Shown here one piece after another: positions 38,350-46,889 of a stretch of 64,000 nucleotides of DNA. Each line of letters starts with the position of its first letter. Positions within the stretch are counted from its first letter, which is position 1. The stretch is from assembly GCA_018402205.1 (NCBI GenBank), contig JAGYIX010000005.1, positions 55,202 to 119,201 of the forward strand. The letters are read 5' to 3'. The translations under genes and the position numbers were made by a program. Below the pieces are notes generated by a model. It worked only from the letters and a program-made list of their open reading frames with translations, did not search any database and had not been told where the DNA came from. The DNA comes from Flavobacteriaceae bacterium. GTDB taxonomy: Bacteria > Bacteroidota > Bacteroidia > Flavobacteriales > Flavobacteriaceae.

Positions 38350-39438
38350 TTATAGTTTGATGTAAATTTTCTTCTTGAATAGCCACCAGGTAGGTAAACT
38401 AATCACACCGACATATAGTAGGGCGTAGAGTAGCGAGGCCAGTTTAGGGGCCACTTTGATCGAGACCAATTGCTCCATAAAAACTTTGTTTAGAGCTACC
38501 CCTATAAGAAAGTCACTGTAAAAAATAGAGACTAGTAGACTAGAAAGCGCATAAGACACGATCGGATTTTTGCCAAATGCCTCAACCAAGGTAAATGCCT
38601 TTTTAGGTTCATCTCGGTCAAAAAACAAGCTGCAAATAACCCACCCTTGCATAGATGCTCCGGCCGTAATTAGAGTAAATGATGTCGACCACAAGGGCTT
38701 GTTAATGGGAAAAAGATAACTTAAAGCATATCCGCCAGCCAAAAACATTGCTCCGATAATCATCATGCGAAGCATTTTTTTTGAATGTTCTTCTTCTTTT
38801 AAAAAATGATGGGCAGCTGTCATTCCCAATAGCGCAGAACCTACTGCTCCAACGGTGCTCAGTATTCCCTCAGGATCCCATGTTTTTTGCCACAACACTC
38901 CAGGAAGCATAAAGCTATCTATATAATTGGCCCAATTAAACATGGGTTGTGAGAGATCTGGTGCGCCTATTCCAGGAACCGGAATAAAAACCATGATCAC
39001 TGTGTATAAGGCTAACAAGATTATGGCCAATTTTAGCTGATTAGATCGCTTGGTGAACAAATAAATACTGGCACAGATAAAATAGACTATAGCTATTCGG
39101 GGAAGCACCCCCACATAGCGAATATGGGTTAAATCAAAATCGGGCCATATCCACAAAAAAATACCGACAGCATAAATTTTTGCGCTTCTGAAAGCGATTT
39201 TTCTAAAGGTCTGAGATGCGGGTTGCTCTTCGATGCGACTGTGCATGGCTAGAACAATCGAGACCCCTACGATAAACAAGAAGCTAGGGAAGACGAAGTC
39301 GGTGGGTGTAATACCGTTCCAGTCGGCATGCAATAAGGGCGCGTACACATGACCCCAACTGCCTGGAGTATTCACCACAATCATAAGCATGATCGTTAGC
39401 CCTCTTAAAATATCTACCGAACGAACGCGGGCACTCAT
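38350..39438 (-). CDS. heparan-alpha-glucosaminide N-acetyltransferase-like membrane protein (DUF1624/DUF5009; NagX-like)
   Basis: About 10 TM helices. The N-terminus SVDILRGLTIMLMIVVNTPG...LLHADWNGITPTDFVFPSFLFIVGVS parallels the HGSNAT region carrying the acetyl-accepting His. Start moved from TTG 39444 to ATG 39438. Confidence 0.75.
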   Translation of the reverse strand: MSARVRSVDILRGLTIMLMIVVNTPGSWGHVYAPLLHADWNGITPTDFVFPSFLFIVGVSIVLAMHSRIEEQPASQTFRKIAFRSAKIYAVGIFLWIWPDFDLTHIRYVGVLPRIAIVYFICASIYLFTKRSNQLKLAIILLALYTVIMVFIPVPGIGAPDLSQPMFNWANYIDSFMLPGVLWQKTWDPEGILSTVGAVGSALLGMTAAHHFLKEEEHSKKMLRMMIIGAMFLAGGYALSYLFPINKPLWSTSFTLITAGASMQGWVICSLFFDRDEPKKAFTLVEAFGKNPIVSYALSSLLVSIFYSDFLIGVALNKVFMEQLVSIKVAPKLASLLYALLYVGVISLPTWWLFKKKIYIKL

Positions 39439-39541
39439 ATTCAAGAATAACTATTAGGGTTTGCGCTTTAACATTTTACACTTAGCGGTCTTGTTTTTCT
39501 GCGGTATCTTTAAGTAAACGTAGAAAATTGCTCTTAATATT

Positions 39542-40813
39542 ATGAAAAATGCTCTCGGTATCCTAAAAAACCTGAAGCTTACTGCGGTCTTTGTGGTAGC
39601 CTTCAGCTTGTTAGCCTTTGGGCAAGACAGCTCATTACTTACCTTGAGAGGAAAAGTCTATGATGCGCAATCGAATGAAGCGCTGCCTCTAGCTTCTATT
39701 CGGCTTGAAGGCACTTCATACGCAACAGTAAGTAATGACGAGGGGGTTTTTAGCCTAAAATTTGAATCTGCAGAGCGCCCTACGCATTTAGTTGTGTCTT
39801 ACTTGGGTTACCGTAGCACTCGAGTAGCACTTTCAGAAGTAAACGATCTCGATAGTGAAATCAGTATAGGCCTACTTAGCGACAGCATAAGACTTGAAGG
39901 GGTTGATGTAAACAATCCGGAGGACGCTAAGAGTATTGTGCTAAAAATGCTGGATAACTACGACGCCATGAAACCGCTTCAGCCCAAAACGGCAGTCGCT
40001 TTCTTTAGGGAGCGTATTAATAGACGCAATCGCAACTTATCTATCACAGAAGCTGCCATAGAAATTCAAAAAGACCACCTCAAAGAAGGGCTTAACGGAG
40101 CCTATGTAATTGAATCCCGAAAGCGAAACGACTACAAACCCTTAGACACCATAGCACTTAAGCTTCAGGGCGGCCCCTATAACCTTATTTACCTCGATCT
40201 GCTGAGCCATAGAAACGATATTCTAGACGACGAAAGCATTGATCAATACCTGTTTACCCTCACCGGAAAGGTACGGTACAAAGGTGAAGACGTCTACATC
40301 GTTCACTTTGAGCAAAATCCAGAGATTTTCGATCCGCTCTATAAAGGAGATCTGTACATCACTGTTGAAAAGCACCTACTGTCGAAGGCAAACTTTGAGC
40401 TGAACATCACCAACAGCGAACAAGCGGCCAAGCTCTTTGTGCGCAAAAAGCCAAAAACGCTCAGAATAGAGCCCACTAAGGTGGCTTATAGAATCGATTA
40501 TCAGACAGCCCGAGACGAACCCGTTCAGGTCTATGCCGATCTTCAAATGGAATTCACCATTAATTGGAGAAACCGACTCTTCAATCGCAACTACACAGTG
40601 CTGGCTGAAATGGCCTTCACCCGATGGGACGACGCCAAGAGAGAAGAGGTAAAGCCGCGCAATGAAAGGCTCAGACCAACAGTAATTATGGCTGATTCTG
40701 AAAGTGGATTTAGCGATCCCAATTTCTGGAGAAACTACAATGTGATCGAGCCCGACCAAGACATCGAATCTATACTGAAGCGAATCGAACGCCAATTAAG
40801 ACGAGTGCGCTAA
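39542..40813 (+). CDS. carboxypeptidase-regulatory-like (CarboxypepD_reg) domain protein, secreted; C-terminal domain unknown
   Basis: Signal peptide, then LRGKVYDAQSNEALPLASIRLEGTSYATVSNDEGVFSLKF, a typical CarboxypepD_reg beta-sandwich. The remaining roughly 300 aa are unassigned. Confidence 0.65.
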   Translation: MKNALGILKNLKLTAVFVVAFSLLAFGQDSSLLTLRGKVYDAQSNEALPLASIRLEGTSYATVSNDEGVFSLKFESAERPTHLVVSYLGYRSTRVALSEVNDLDSEISIGLLSDSIRLEGVDVNNPEDAKSIVLKMLDNYDAMKPLQPKTAVAFFRERINRRNRNLSITEAAIEIQKDHLKEGLNGAYVIESRKRNDYKPLDTIALKLQGGPYNLIYLDLLSHRNDILDDESIDQYLFTLTGKVRYKGEDVYIVHFEQNPEIFDPLYKGDLYITVEKHLLSKANFELNITNSEQAAKLFVRKKPKTLRIEPTKVAYRIDYQTARDEPVQVYADLQMEFTINWRNRLFNRNYTVLAEMAFTRWDDAKREEVKPRNERLRPTVIMADSESGFSDPNFWRNYNVIEPDQDIESILKRIERQLRRVR

Positions 40814-40920
40814 AGACAGCAGTGTTTCAAAGACAAAAAAAGACGGCAAAAATTTGTTCTGACGATATTAACCAATACATTTCTTGCTAAAGTCAGTCTT
40901 AAAAAGAAAAAACAATAAAA

Positions 40921-42846
40921 ATGGCCATTATTACTCCTACAGAGCTAGCTTATAAAGCACCTGGAACACACGAAGAAAACCGATTTGAAAAGCTACATAA
41001 TGTCGTTGTTTCTTCTGCCGCCAAAGGTTCTGAGTTAATTGCACAAGAAATAGCCGATCTAATCCGCAATAAACAAGCGAAAAACAAGAAATGCGTGCTC
41101 GGTTTAGCTACGGGATCGTCTCCACTAAGCGTGTATGCCGAATTGGTGCGTATGCACAAAGAGGAGGGGTTAAGCTTTGAAAATGTGGTCACCTTTAATC
41201 TGGATGAATACTGGCCGATGAATAAAGAAAATCTGCAGAGTTATCACCACTTCATGCATGAGAACCTCTTCGACCATATCGATATTAAACCCGAAAACAT
41301 TAACCTGCCCGATGGAGAAGTAAAACCATCTCAAGTTAAGGCCTTTTGTCAAGGATATGAGGCTAAAATTGAAGCCCTAGGAGGTCTAGATTTTCAGCTT
41401 TTAGGCATCGGAAGAACAGGGCATATTGGATTCAACGAGCCGGGCTCAAACCAAAACTCTAGAACCCGATTGGTCAACCTAGATCATATCACTAGAGAAG
41501 ATGCTGCCGAAGGATTTCAAGGTCTAGAATTCGTTCCTAAGCGGGCGATTACTATGGGAATAGCCACTGTGCTTTCAGCCAAGCGCGTCGTACTTATGGC
41601 CTGGGGGCAAAAAAAGAGTGCTGTAATTCACCTAGCCGTCGAAGGGGCAATAACAAGTACCCTTCCGTCTTCTTTTTTACAGCTGCACAAAAACACCACT
41701 TTAGTTTTAGACGAAGAGGCAGCCGCTGAACTTACTCGCATTAAAACGCCTTGGTTGGTTCAAACCTGCGAGTGGAATGACAAGTTAAAGTACCAAGCAG
41801 TAGTTTGGTTATGTCGAAAAACGGGTAAGTCTGTACTTAAACTAACAGAGTCTGACTACAATGAAAACGCCTTAGCTGATCTGCTCGAAACGCAGTCGAT
41901 TTACGACCTCAATATTGAGATTTTTAATAGACTTCAGCACACCATTACCGGCTGGCCTGGAGGCAAACCCGATGCCGACGACTCGCACCGCCCAGAGCGT
42001 GCTAGGCCTAAATCGAAACGGGTCATCATCTTTAGTCCGCACCCTGACGATGACGTCATTTCTATGGGGGGTACACTTGACCGCCTAATTTCGCAGGGGC
42101 ATGAGGTTCATGTGGCTTATCAAACTTCTGGAAGTATCGCTGTTTCTAACCAAGAGGCATTAAAATTCCTCGAAGTTGCTTGTGATATGATGCTAGGCGC
42201 CGAGAGCAATAACCTCAAAGATCTCAGAAACGAGATCGATCAACTTAAAGACGGCGAGATTCCTTCGACCGAAATCCGCAATCTAAAAGCCATTATTCGT
42301 CAGCGCGAAGCCATTGCCGCCACCCGATATCTAGGACTTCCTGACGAGAACGTTCACTTCTTGAAATTGCCGTTTTACGAGACGGGTGCTGTCAAAAAGG
42401 CTCCTATATCACAAGACGATATAGATATCTTGAATCACTTAATCAAAAGTATTCGCCCGCATCAAATCTATGCGGCTGGCGATTTGGCCGACCCGCATGG
42501 AACGCACCGATTATGTATAGATGCCCTGCAACAATCGCTAAGTCAACTGCGCAAAGAGCCCTTCTTAAAAGATTGCTGGGTATGGCTATATCGCGGAGCA
42601 TGGCACGAGTACGAGCCTTACGAAATTGACATGGCGGTGCCTATGAGCCCTGCTCAAGTCAGAAGAAAGCGACGCGCTATCTTTTTTCACCAAACTCAAA
42701 AAGACGGAGTTATGTTTCAAGGAAACGACCCTCGAGAATTTTGGGTGCGGGCAGAAGATCGCAACCGAGAAACTGCGGCACTATACCGCGACCTAGGTCT
42801 TTCAGACTACGCAGCCATCGAAGCCTTTAAGCGTTATTACTACTAA
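40921..42846 (+). CDS. nagB: glucosamine-6-phosphate deaminase, long form fused to a LmbE/PIG-L-type deacetylase domain
   Basis: NagB motifs GLATGSSPLSVY, FNLDEYW and GIGRTGHIGFNEPGS. C-terminal PIG-L motif IIFSPHPDDDVISMGG. Confidence 0.9.
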   Translation: MAIITPTELAYKAPGTHEENRFEKLHNVVVSSAAKGSELIAQEIADLIRNKQAKNKKCVLGLATGSSPLSVYAELVRMHKEEGLSFENVVTFNLDEYWPMNKENLQSYHHFMHENLFDHIDIKPENINLPDGEVKPSQVKAFCQGYEAKIEALGGLDFQLLGIGRTGHIGFNEPGSNQNSRTRLVNLDHITREDAAEGFQGLEFVPKRAITMGIATVLSAKRVVLMAWGQKKSAVIHLAVEGAITSTLPSSFLQLHKNTTLVLDEEAAAELTRIKTPWLVQTCEWNDKLKYQAVVWLCRKTGKSVLKLTESDYNENALADLLETQSIYDLNIEIFNRLQHTITGWPGGKPDADDSHRPERARPKSKRVIIFSPHPDDDVISMGGTLDRLISQGHEVHVAYQTSGSIAVSNQEALKFLEVACDMMLGAESNNLKDLRNEIDQLKDGEIPSTEIRNLKAIIRQREAIAATRYLGLPDENVHFLKLPFYETGAVKKAPISQDDIDILNHLIKSIRPHQIYAAGDLADPHGTHRLCIDALQQSLSQLRKEPFLKDCWVWLYRGAWHEYEPYEIDMAVPMSPAQVRRKRRAIFFHQTQKDGVMFQGNDPREFWVRAEDRNRETAALYRDLGLSDYAAIEAFKRYYY

Positions 42847-42856
42847 TTTTCTCTCT

Positions 42857-44368
42857 ATGTCTATCGCCAGAAACCTTTGCCTTTCGCTCTTTTCGGCCCT
42901 TATGCTAGCCGCATGCAGCCAACCTAAGCAAGACGGATCTGCCTACGAGGCACTTATGCCCATGGCCGAAACAATCCTCCTTAAAGAAGGGGTGTTCGCG
43001 CTTGAGGAATCGATAACTATTGGTTTTGAAGGCTTTTCTGTTGAAGCCTCTGAATCGTTTATAAAGGTAATCGGTGATCAGGCCCTAGCACAGGGATTCG
43101 CTGTGGTTAAAGAGGAAGCCATAAAAAGCGATCTAAGCTTTAGCATTGAGCCTAACTTAGAGCCCGAGCAATATGTGCTAGAAATAGGGACAGAAGGAAT
43201 AGACATTAAAGCAGGCGCAGCCTCTGGAGCTTATTTTGGATGGCAAACGCTTCGACAAATACTCTTGCTGCAAGAAGGTCAGCCCAACGCGAATGTGCTT
43301 AGAGCGGCAGAAATCAGCGATAAACCCGCTTATGAATACCGCTCTGTAATGCTAGACGTGGCGAGGCATTTCTTTGAGCCAGAGGTAGTCAAACAGCTCA
43401 TCGATCAGCTCACCCTTTACAAGGTGAATACCTTACATCTTCATCTTTCTGACGATCAAGGCTGGCGCATTGAAATTAAAAAATGGCCAAACCTAACTGC
43501 TCACGGGGGGCTTACAGAAGTTGGAGGCACTGATGGCGGATACTTCACTCAAGAACAATACAATGACCTAGTGGCCTATGCCAAAAGCAGATTCATTGAC
43601 GTAGTACCCGAGATAGACCTTCCAGGACACACCAACGCCGCACTTTCAAGCTACCCAGAATTGAATTGCGATGGCATAGCCCCAGAGCTGTACACTGGCA
43701 TTGAAGTTGGGTTTTCAACCCTCTGTGCCGACAAAGAAATCACCTATACTTTTTTAAACGACGTATTCGAAGAGCTCGCAGCTATGACTCCTGGGCCCTA
43801 TATTCATATTGGAGGAGACGAGTCGCATGTAACTTCAGAAGAAGACTACGTGAAGTTAGTAGATTTTGCTCTCGATAAAGTGAGATCTTTGGGCAAAACC
43901 CCCGTGGGATGGGACGAAATAGCCCATGGCGCTGTAGACCAGACAACGGTCTCGCAGTACTGGGCAAGTCAAGAAAACACCGAGAAGGCTTATAAAAAAG
44001 GAGCAAAGCTCATCATCTCTCCGGCCATTCACGCTTATCTAGACATGAAATACGACTCGCTCACCCCAATTGGGCTTAAATGGGCCGGATATCTGAGTAT
44101 AGACAAAGCATACGATTGGTCGCCTGACGCACTAGTTGAAGGGGTTTCTGCCGACCAAATCATTGGTACCGAAGCCCTGCTTTGGACAGAAACCGTAGCA
44201 ACCGTCTCAGATATTCAGTATCTTATGTTTCCCAGAGTGCTCGGAATCGCTGAAATCGCCTGGTCTAAAAAGGAAAAGCGCAGTTTAGCTTCTTATAAAG
44301 CTAGACTCGAAAGCCACCTTAAACTATTAGACCGATTACAGATCGGCTATTACAAGGGTTTAGAGTAA
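42857..44368 (+). CDS. beta-N-acetylhexosaminidase (GH20), lipoprotein
   Basis: Lipobox LMLAAC. Motifs MLDVARHF, LHLHLSDDQGWRIE and HIGGDE (catalytic Asp-Glu pair), plus LLWTE. Confidence 0.9.
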   Translation: MSIARNLCLSLFSALMLAACSQPKQDGSAYEALMPMAETILLKEGVFALEESITIGFEGFSVEASESFIKVIGDQALAQGFAVVKEEAIKSDLSFSIEPNLEPEQYVLEIGTEGIDIKAGAASGAYFGWQTLRQILLLQEGQPNANVLRAAEISDKPAYEYRSVMLDVARHFFEPEVVKQLIDQLTLYKVNTLHLHLSDDQGWRIEIKKWPNLTAHGGLTEVGGTDGGYFTQEQYNDLVAYAKSRFIDVVPEIDLPGHTNAALSSYPELNCDGIAPELYTGIEVGFSTLCADKEITYTFLNDVFEELAAMTPGPYIHIGGDESHVTSEEDYVKLVDFALDKVRSLGKTPVGWDEIAHGAVDQTTVSQYWASQENTEKAYKKGAKLIISPAIHAYLDMKYDSLTPIGLKWAGYLSIDKAYDWSPDALVEGVSADQIIGTEALLWTETVATVSDIQYLMFPRVLGIAEIAWSKKEKRSLASYKARLESHLKLLDRLQIGYYKGLE

Positions 44369-44392
44369 AGTAGGGGTATAAAACTTTTACTC

Positions 44393-45349
44393 ATGCAACA
44401 CAAAAATGAGCACCTAGAAATCCCTGGAAATCCTTCGGTAGACAAATCGAGCAGTTATCGCCTTAATGAGCGCCTTAACAACGAGCCCCTTAGGGCGCTG
44501 ACCGAAGAACAATGGCTTTTTTGGATAGAAAACGGATACGTAGTTATCAAGCAGGCTATTTCTAGAGAACAAGCAGCTAAAACGGCCTCCTTCTTGTGGG
44601 AGTTTGAAGAAAAAGATCCGCAGCACCCTGCAACTTGGTACGCGGCACCGCGGGCCGAAATGCAGATGAAAGAGCTCGTTGGAACAGGCATGGTAGAGGT
44701 CTACAACCATCCATTGCTTTGGGAAAACAGACAGCAGACTGCTATTTACGAGGCGTTTACCGATATATGGGGCCGCGAAGCCCTTTGGGTAACTATAGAC
44801 CGGGCTAACCTCAATTTTCCGAATCGCCCAGGTCACGAACAAAAAGGATTCATTCACTGGGACTACGACCCAGAAACTAAGCCTCAAAACGTTCAAGGCG
44901 TGCTTGCTCTGGCAGATCAAACCGACCCCGATATGGGCGGATTTCAATGCGTGCCTTGGCTATATCGCAACTACGACAGCTGGAAGCTTACACAGCCCGA
45001 AAATCGAGATCGCTTTCAACCTGATATGAGGGGCCTAGAGCATGAATTAGTAAAAGTGGCCCTTGAGGCAGGAGATTTGCTCATATTTAACAGTACCCTT
45101 GCTCACGGTATTCGTCCAAACAAATCCAAAGACAAAGTGCGCATAGCGCAATACATTTCTATGATGCCAGCAGATGAGTCGAATCAGGCGCTCATCGATT
45201 GGCGGGTGCGCTCTTGGAGAGATCGCATCGCTCCAGAAGGATACGCTTTTCCTGGAGATCCTCGAAAATGGGAACAAATACGCTATGAGCGTGCCGAGTT
45301 ATCGGCACTAGGCAAAAAACTGCTCGGCCTTGATTCATGGAATCTATAA
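44393..45349 (+). CDS. phytanoyl-CoA dioxygenase (PhyH)-like Fe(II)/2-oxoglutarate dioxygenase
   Basis: HxD...H facial-triad candidates (FIHWDYD and STLAHGIRPN) at PhyH-like length and spacing. Confidence 0.6.
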   Translation: MQHKNEHLEIPGNPSVDKSSSYRLNERLNNEPLRALTEEQWLFWIENGYVVIKQAISREQAAKTASFLWEFEEKDPQHPATWYAAPRAEMQMKELVGTGMVEVYNHPLLWENRQQTAIYEAFTDIWGREALWVTIDRANLNFPNRPGHEQKGFIHWDYDPETKPQNVQGVLALADQTDPDMGGFQCVPWLYRNYDSWKLTQPENRDRFQPDMRGLEHELVKVALEAGDLLIFNSTLAHGIRPNKSKDKVRIAQYISMMPADESNQALIDWRVRSWRDRIAPEGYAFPGDPRKWEQIRYERAELSALGKKLLGLDSWNL

Positions 45350-45369
45350 ATCAAAACTTAAGCCCTTAA

Positions 45370-46146
45370 ATGCAGCAAAAACAATCGATACTCATAACGG
45401 GATCCACCTCAGGTATTGGTTTCGCCACAGCGGCCGCACTGTTGCAAAAAGGGCACCGGGTTTACCTAAACGGACGTTCAACAGAGACTGTAGAAAGTGC
45501 GCTTAAGTCTATAAAAAACCAACATCCAAAGGCCGATGTCGATGCAGTCGTATGTGATTTCTCTAAAGAGATCGATTTAACAAAATTTCCGCCCCACCTA
45601 GACGTACTGATCAATAATGTGGGCATTTATACCTCTCAATCTTTTTACGACACCTCAGACCAAGATTGGCTTAAACAATTTGAAGTGAATTGCCTTAGTG
45701 GGGTGCGATTGAGCCGTCATTACCTCAAGCCTATGTTAAAGGCCAATTTCGGACGTATACTTTTCATATCTAGCGAATGCGCCTATTTAGCCCCCGAAGA
45801 CCTTATTTCTTATAGCGCCACCAAAGCGGCTATTCACGCATTGTCGCGAGGGCTATCGCAGCTAACACGAGGCAGCGGGGTAACTGTCAATACGATAGTT
45901 CCTGGGTCTACCCTTACTGAAGGGGCAGAATCTTTTATAGCCGCTAAGGCAAAAGCCCAGCAAGAGCAGGCTGAAAAAGTGGCTAGAAATTTTATCCGAA
46001 CAGAACGGCCAAACTCACTCATTGAACGCTTTGCGCGTACTGAAGAGGTGGCTAATCTCATCGCCTTTTACGCTAGTAGCGAGTCGAGTGCGGTTAACGG
46101 ATCTGTTATTTTTTGCGAAGGCGGAAGCACAAACGCAACTTATTAA
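45370..46146 (+). CDS. short-chain dehydrogenase/reductase (SDR)
   Basis: TGxxxGxG (ITGSTSGIG), NNVG and YSATKAA (YxxxK). Confidence 0.88.
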   Translation: MQQKQSILITGSTSGIGFATAAALLQKGHRVYLNGRSTETVESALKSIKNQHPKADVDAVVCDFSKEIDLTKFPPHLDVLINNVGIYTSQSFYDTSDQDWLKQFEVNCLSGVRLSRHYLKPMLKANFGRILFISSECAYLAPEDLISYSATKAAIHALSRGLSQLTRGSGVTVNTIVPGSTLTEGAESFIAAKAKAQQEQAEKVARNFIRTERPNSLIERFARTEEVANLIAFYASSESSAVNGSVIFCEGGSTNATY

Positions 46147-46157
46147 GCCCCTTTTCT

Positions 46158-46889
46158 ATGATACAATTTGAAGTTTGTGCAAATTCATTCACCTCGGTGC
46201 AAAACGCCCAAGAGGCAGGAGCGCATCGTGTAGAACTCTGTGCAGAACTTGGAGTCGGTGGCCTAACTCCGTCTTTTGGACTCATCGAAAAGGTAGGTGA
46301 AGAACTCAATATCAAGGTCAATCTGCTCATACGCCCCCGAAGCGGAGACTTTGTATACAACGACGAAGAGTTTGACGTTATGATGCGCGATATTCGAAAG
46401 GCCATTGACCTTGGGGTCAATGCCATTGTTTGCGGAGTGCTGCAATACGACAACACTTTAGACCTAAGGCGTACTGCCCTACTGAGAGAGGCCTGTAGCA
46501 ATGTAGAATTTACTTTTCACCGCGCCTTTGACTTAGTAAACGATCCGCATTCTACCCTTGAGCAACTGGCCTCTATCGGAGTAACACGTATTTTAAGCTC
46601 TGGCCAAAAATCCACTGCACTAGAAGGCATTGAATTACTAGCAGCGCTAAAAGACCAAACTGCGGTAAAGATCATGCCAGGCTCTGGAATCAATGCACAG
46701 AACGTTCAAAGTTTTGTCTCAAAGGGGTTTGAAGAAATACATTTTTCTGGAACACTAATGAGCGCTACAAGTGGCGATAGCCCAAAAATTCCATTTATTA
46801 CGCCATCGCTTATCGCTGAGTCAGCTCATGCCACCTCAGACCTAAACAAGCTCAAAAAAATCATAGATGCGGCTAAAGGCCTAAGCTAA
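46158..46889 (+). CDS. cutC: CutC family protein
   Basis: FEVCANSFTSVQNAQEAGAHRVELCAELGVGGLTPS and FHRAFD motifs are typical of CutC TIM barrels. Start moved to ATG 46158. Confidence 0.82.
   Translation: MIQFEVCANSFTSVQNAQEAGAHRVELCAELGVGGLTPSFGLIEKVGEELNIKVNLLIRPRSGDFVYNDEEFDVMMRDIRKAIDLGVNAIVCGVLQYDNTLDLRRTALLREACSNVEFTFHRAFDLVNDPHSTLEQLASIGVTRILSSGQKSTALEGIELLAALKDQTAVKIMPGSGINAQNVQSFVSKGFEEIHFSGTLMSATSGDSPKIPFITPSLIAESAHATSDLNKLKKIIDAAKGLS

Noticed and set aside
44414-44947. 177-aa minus-strand ORF (and the nested 78-aa ORF) antisense to the PhyH-like gene.
   Set aside because: The plus-strand frame has recognisable dioxygenase motifs and operon context. The antisense translation has no recognisable domain and is a shadow ORF.
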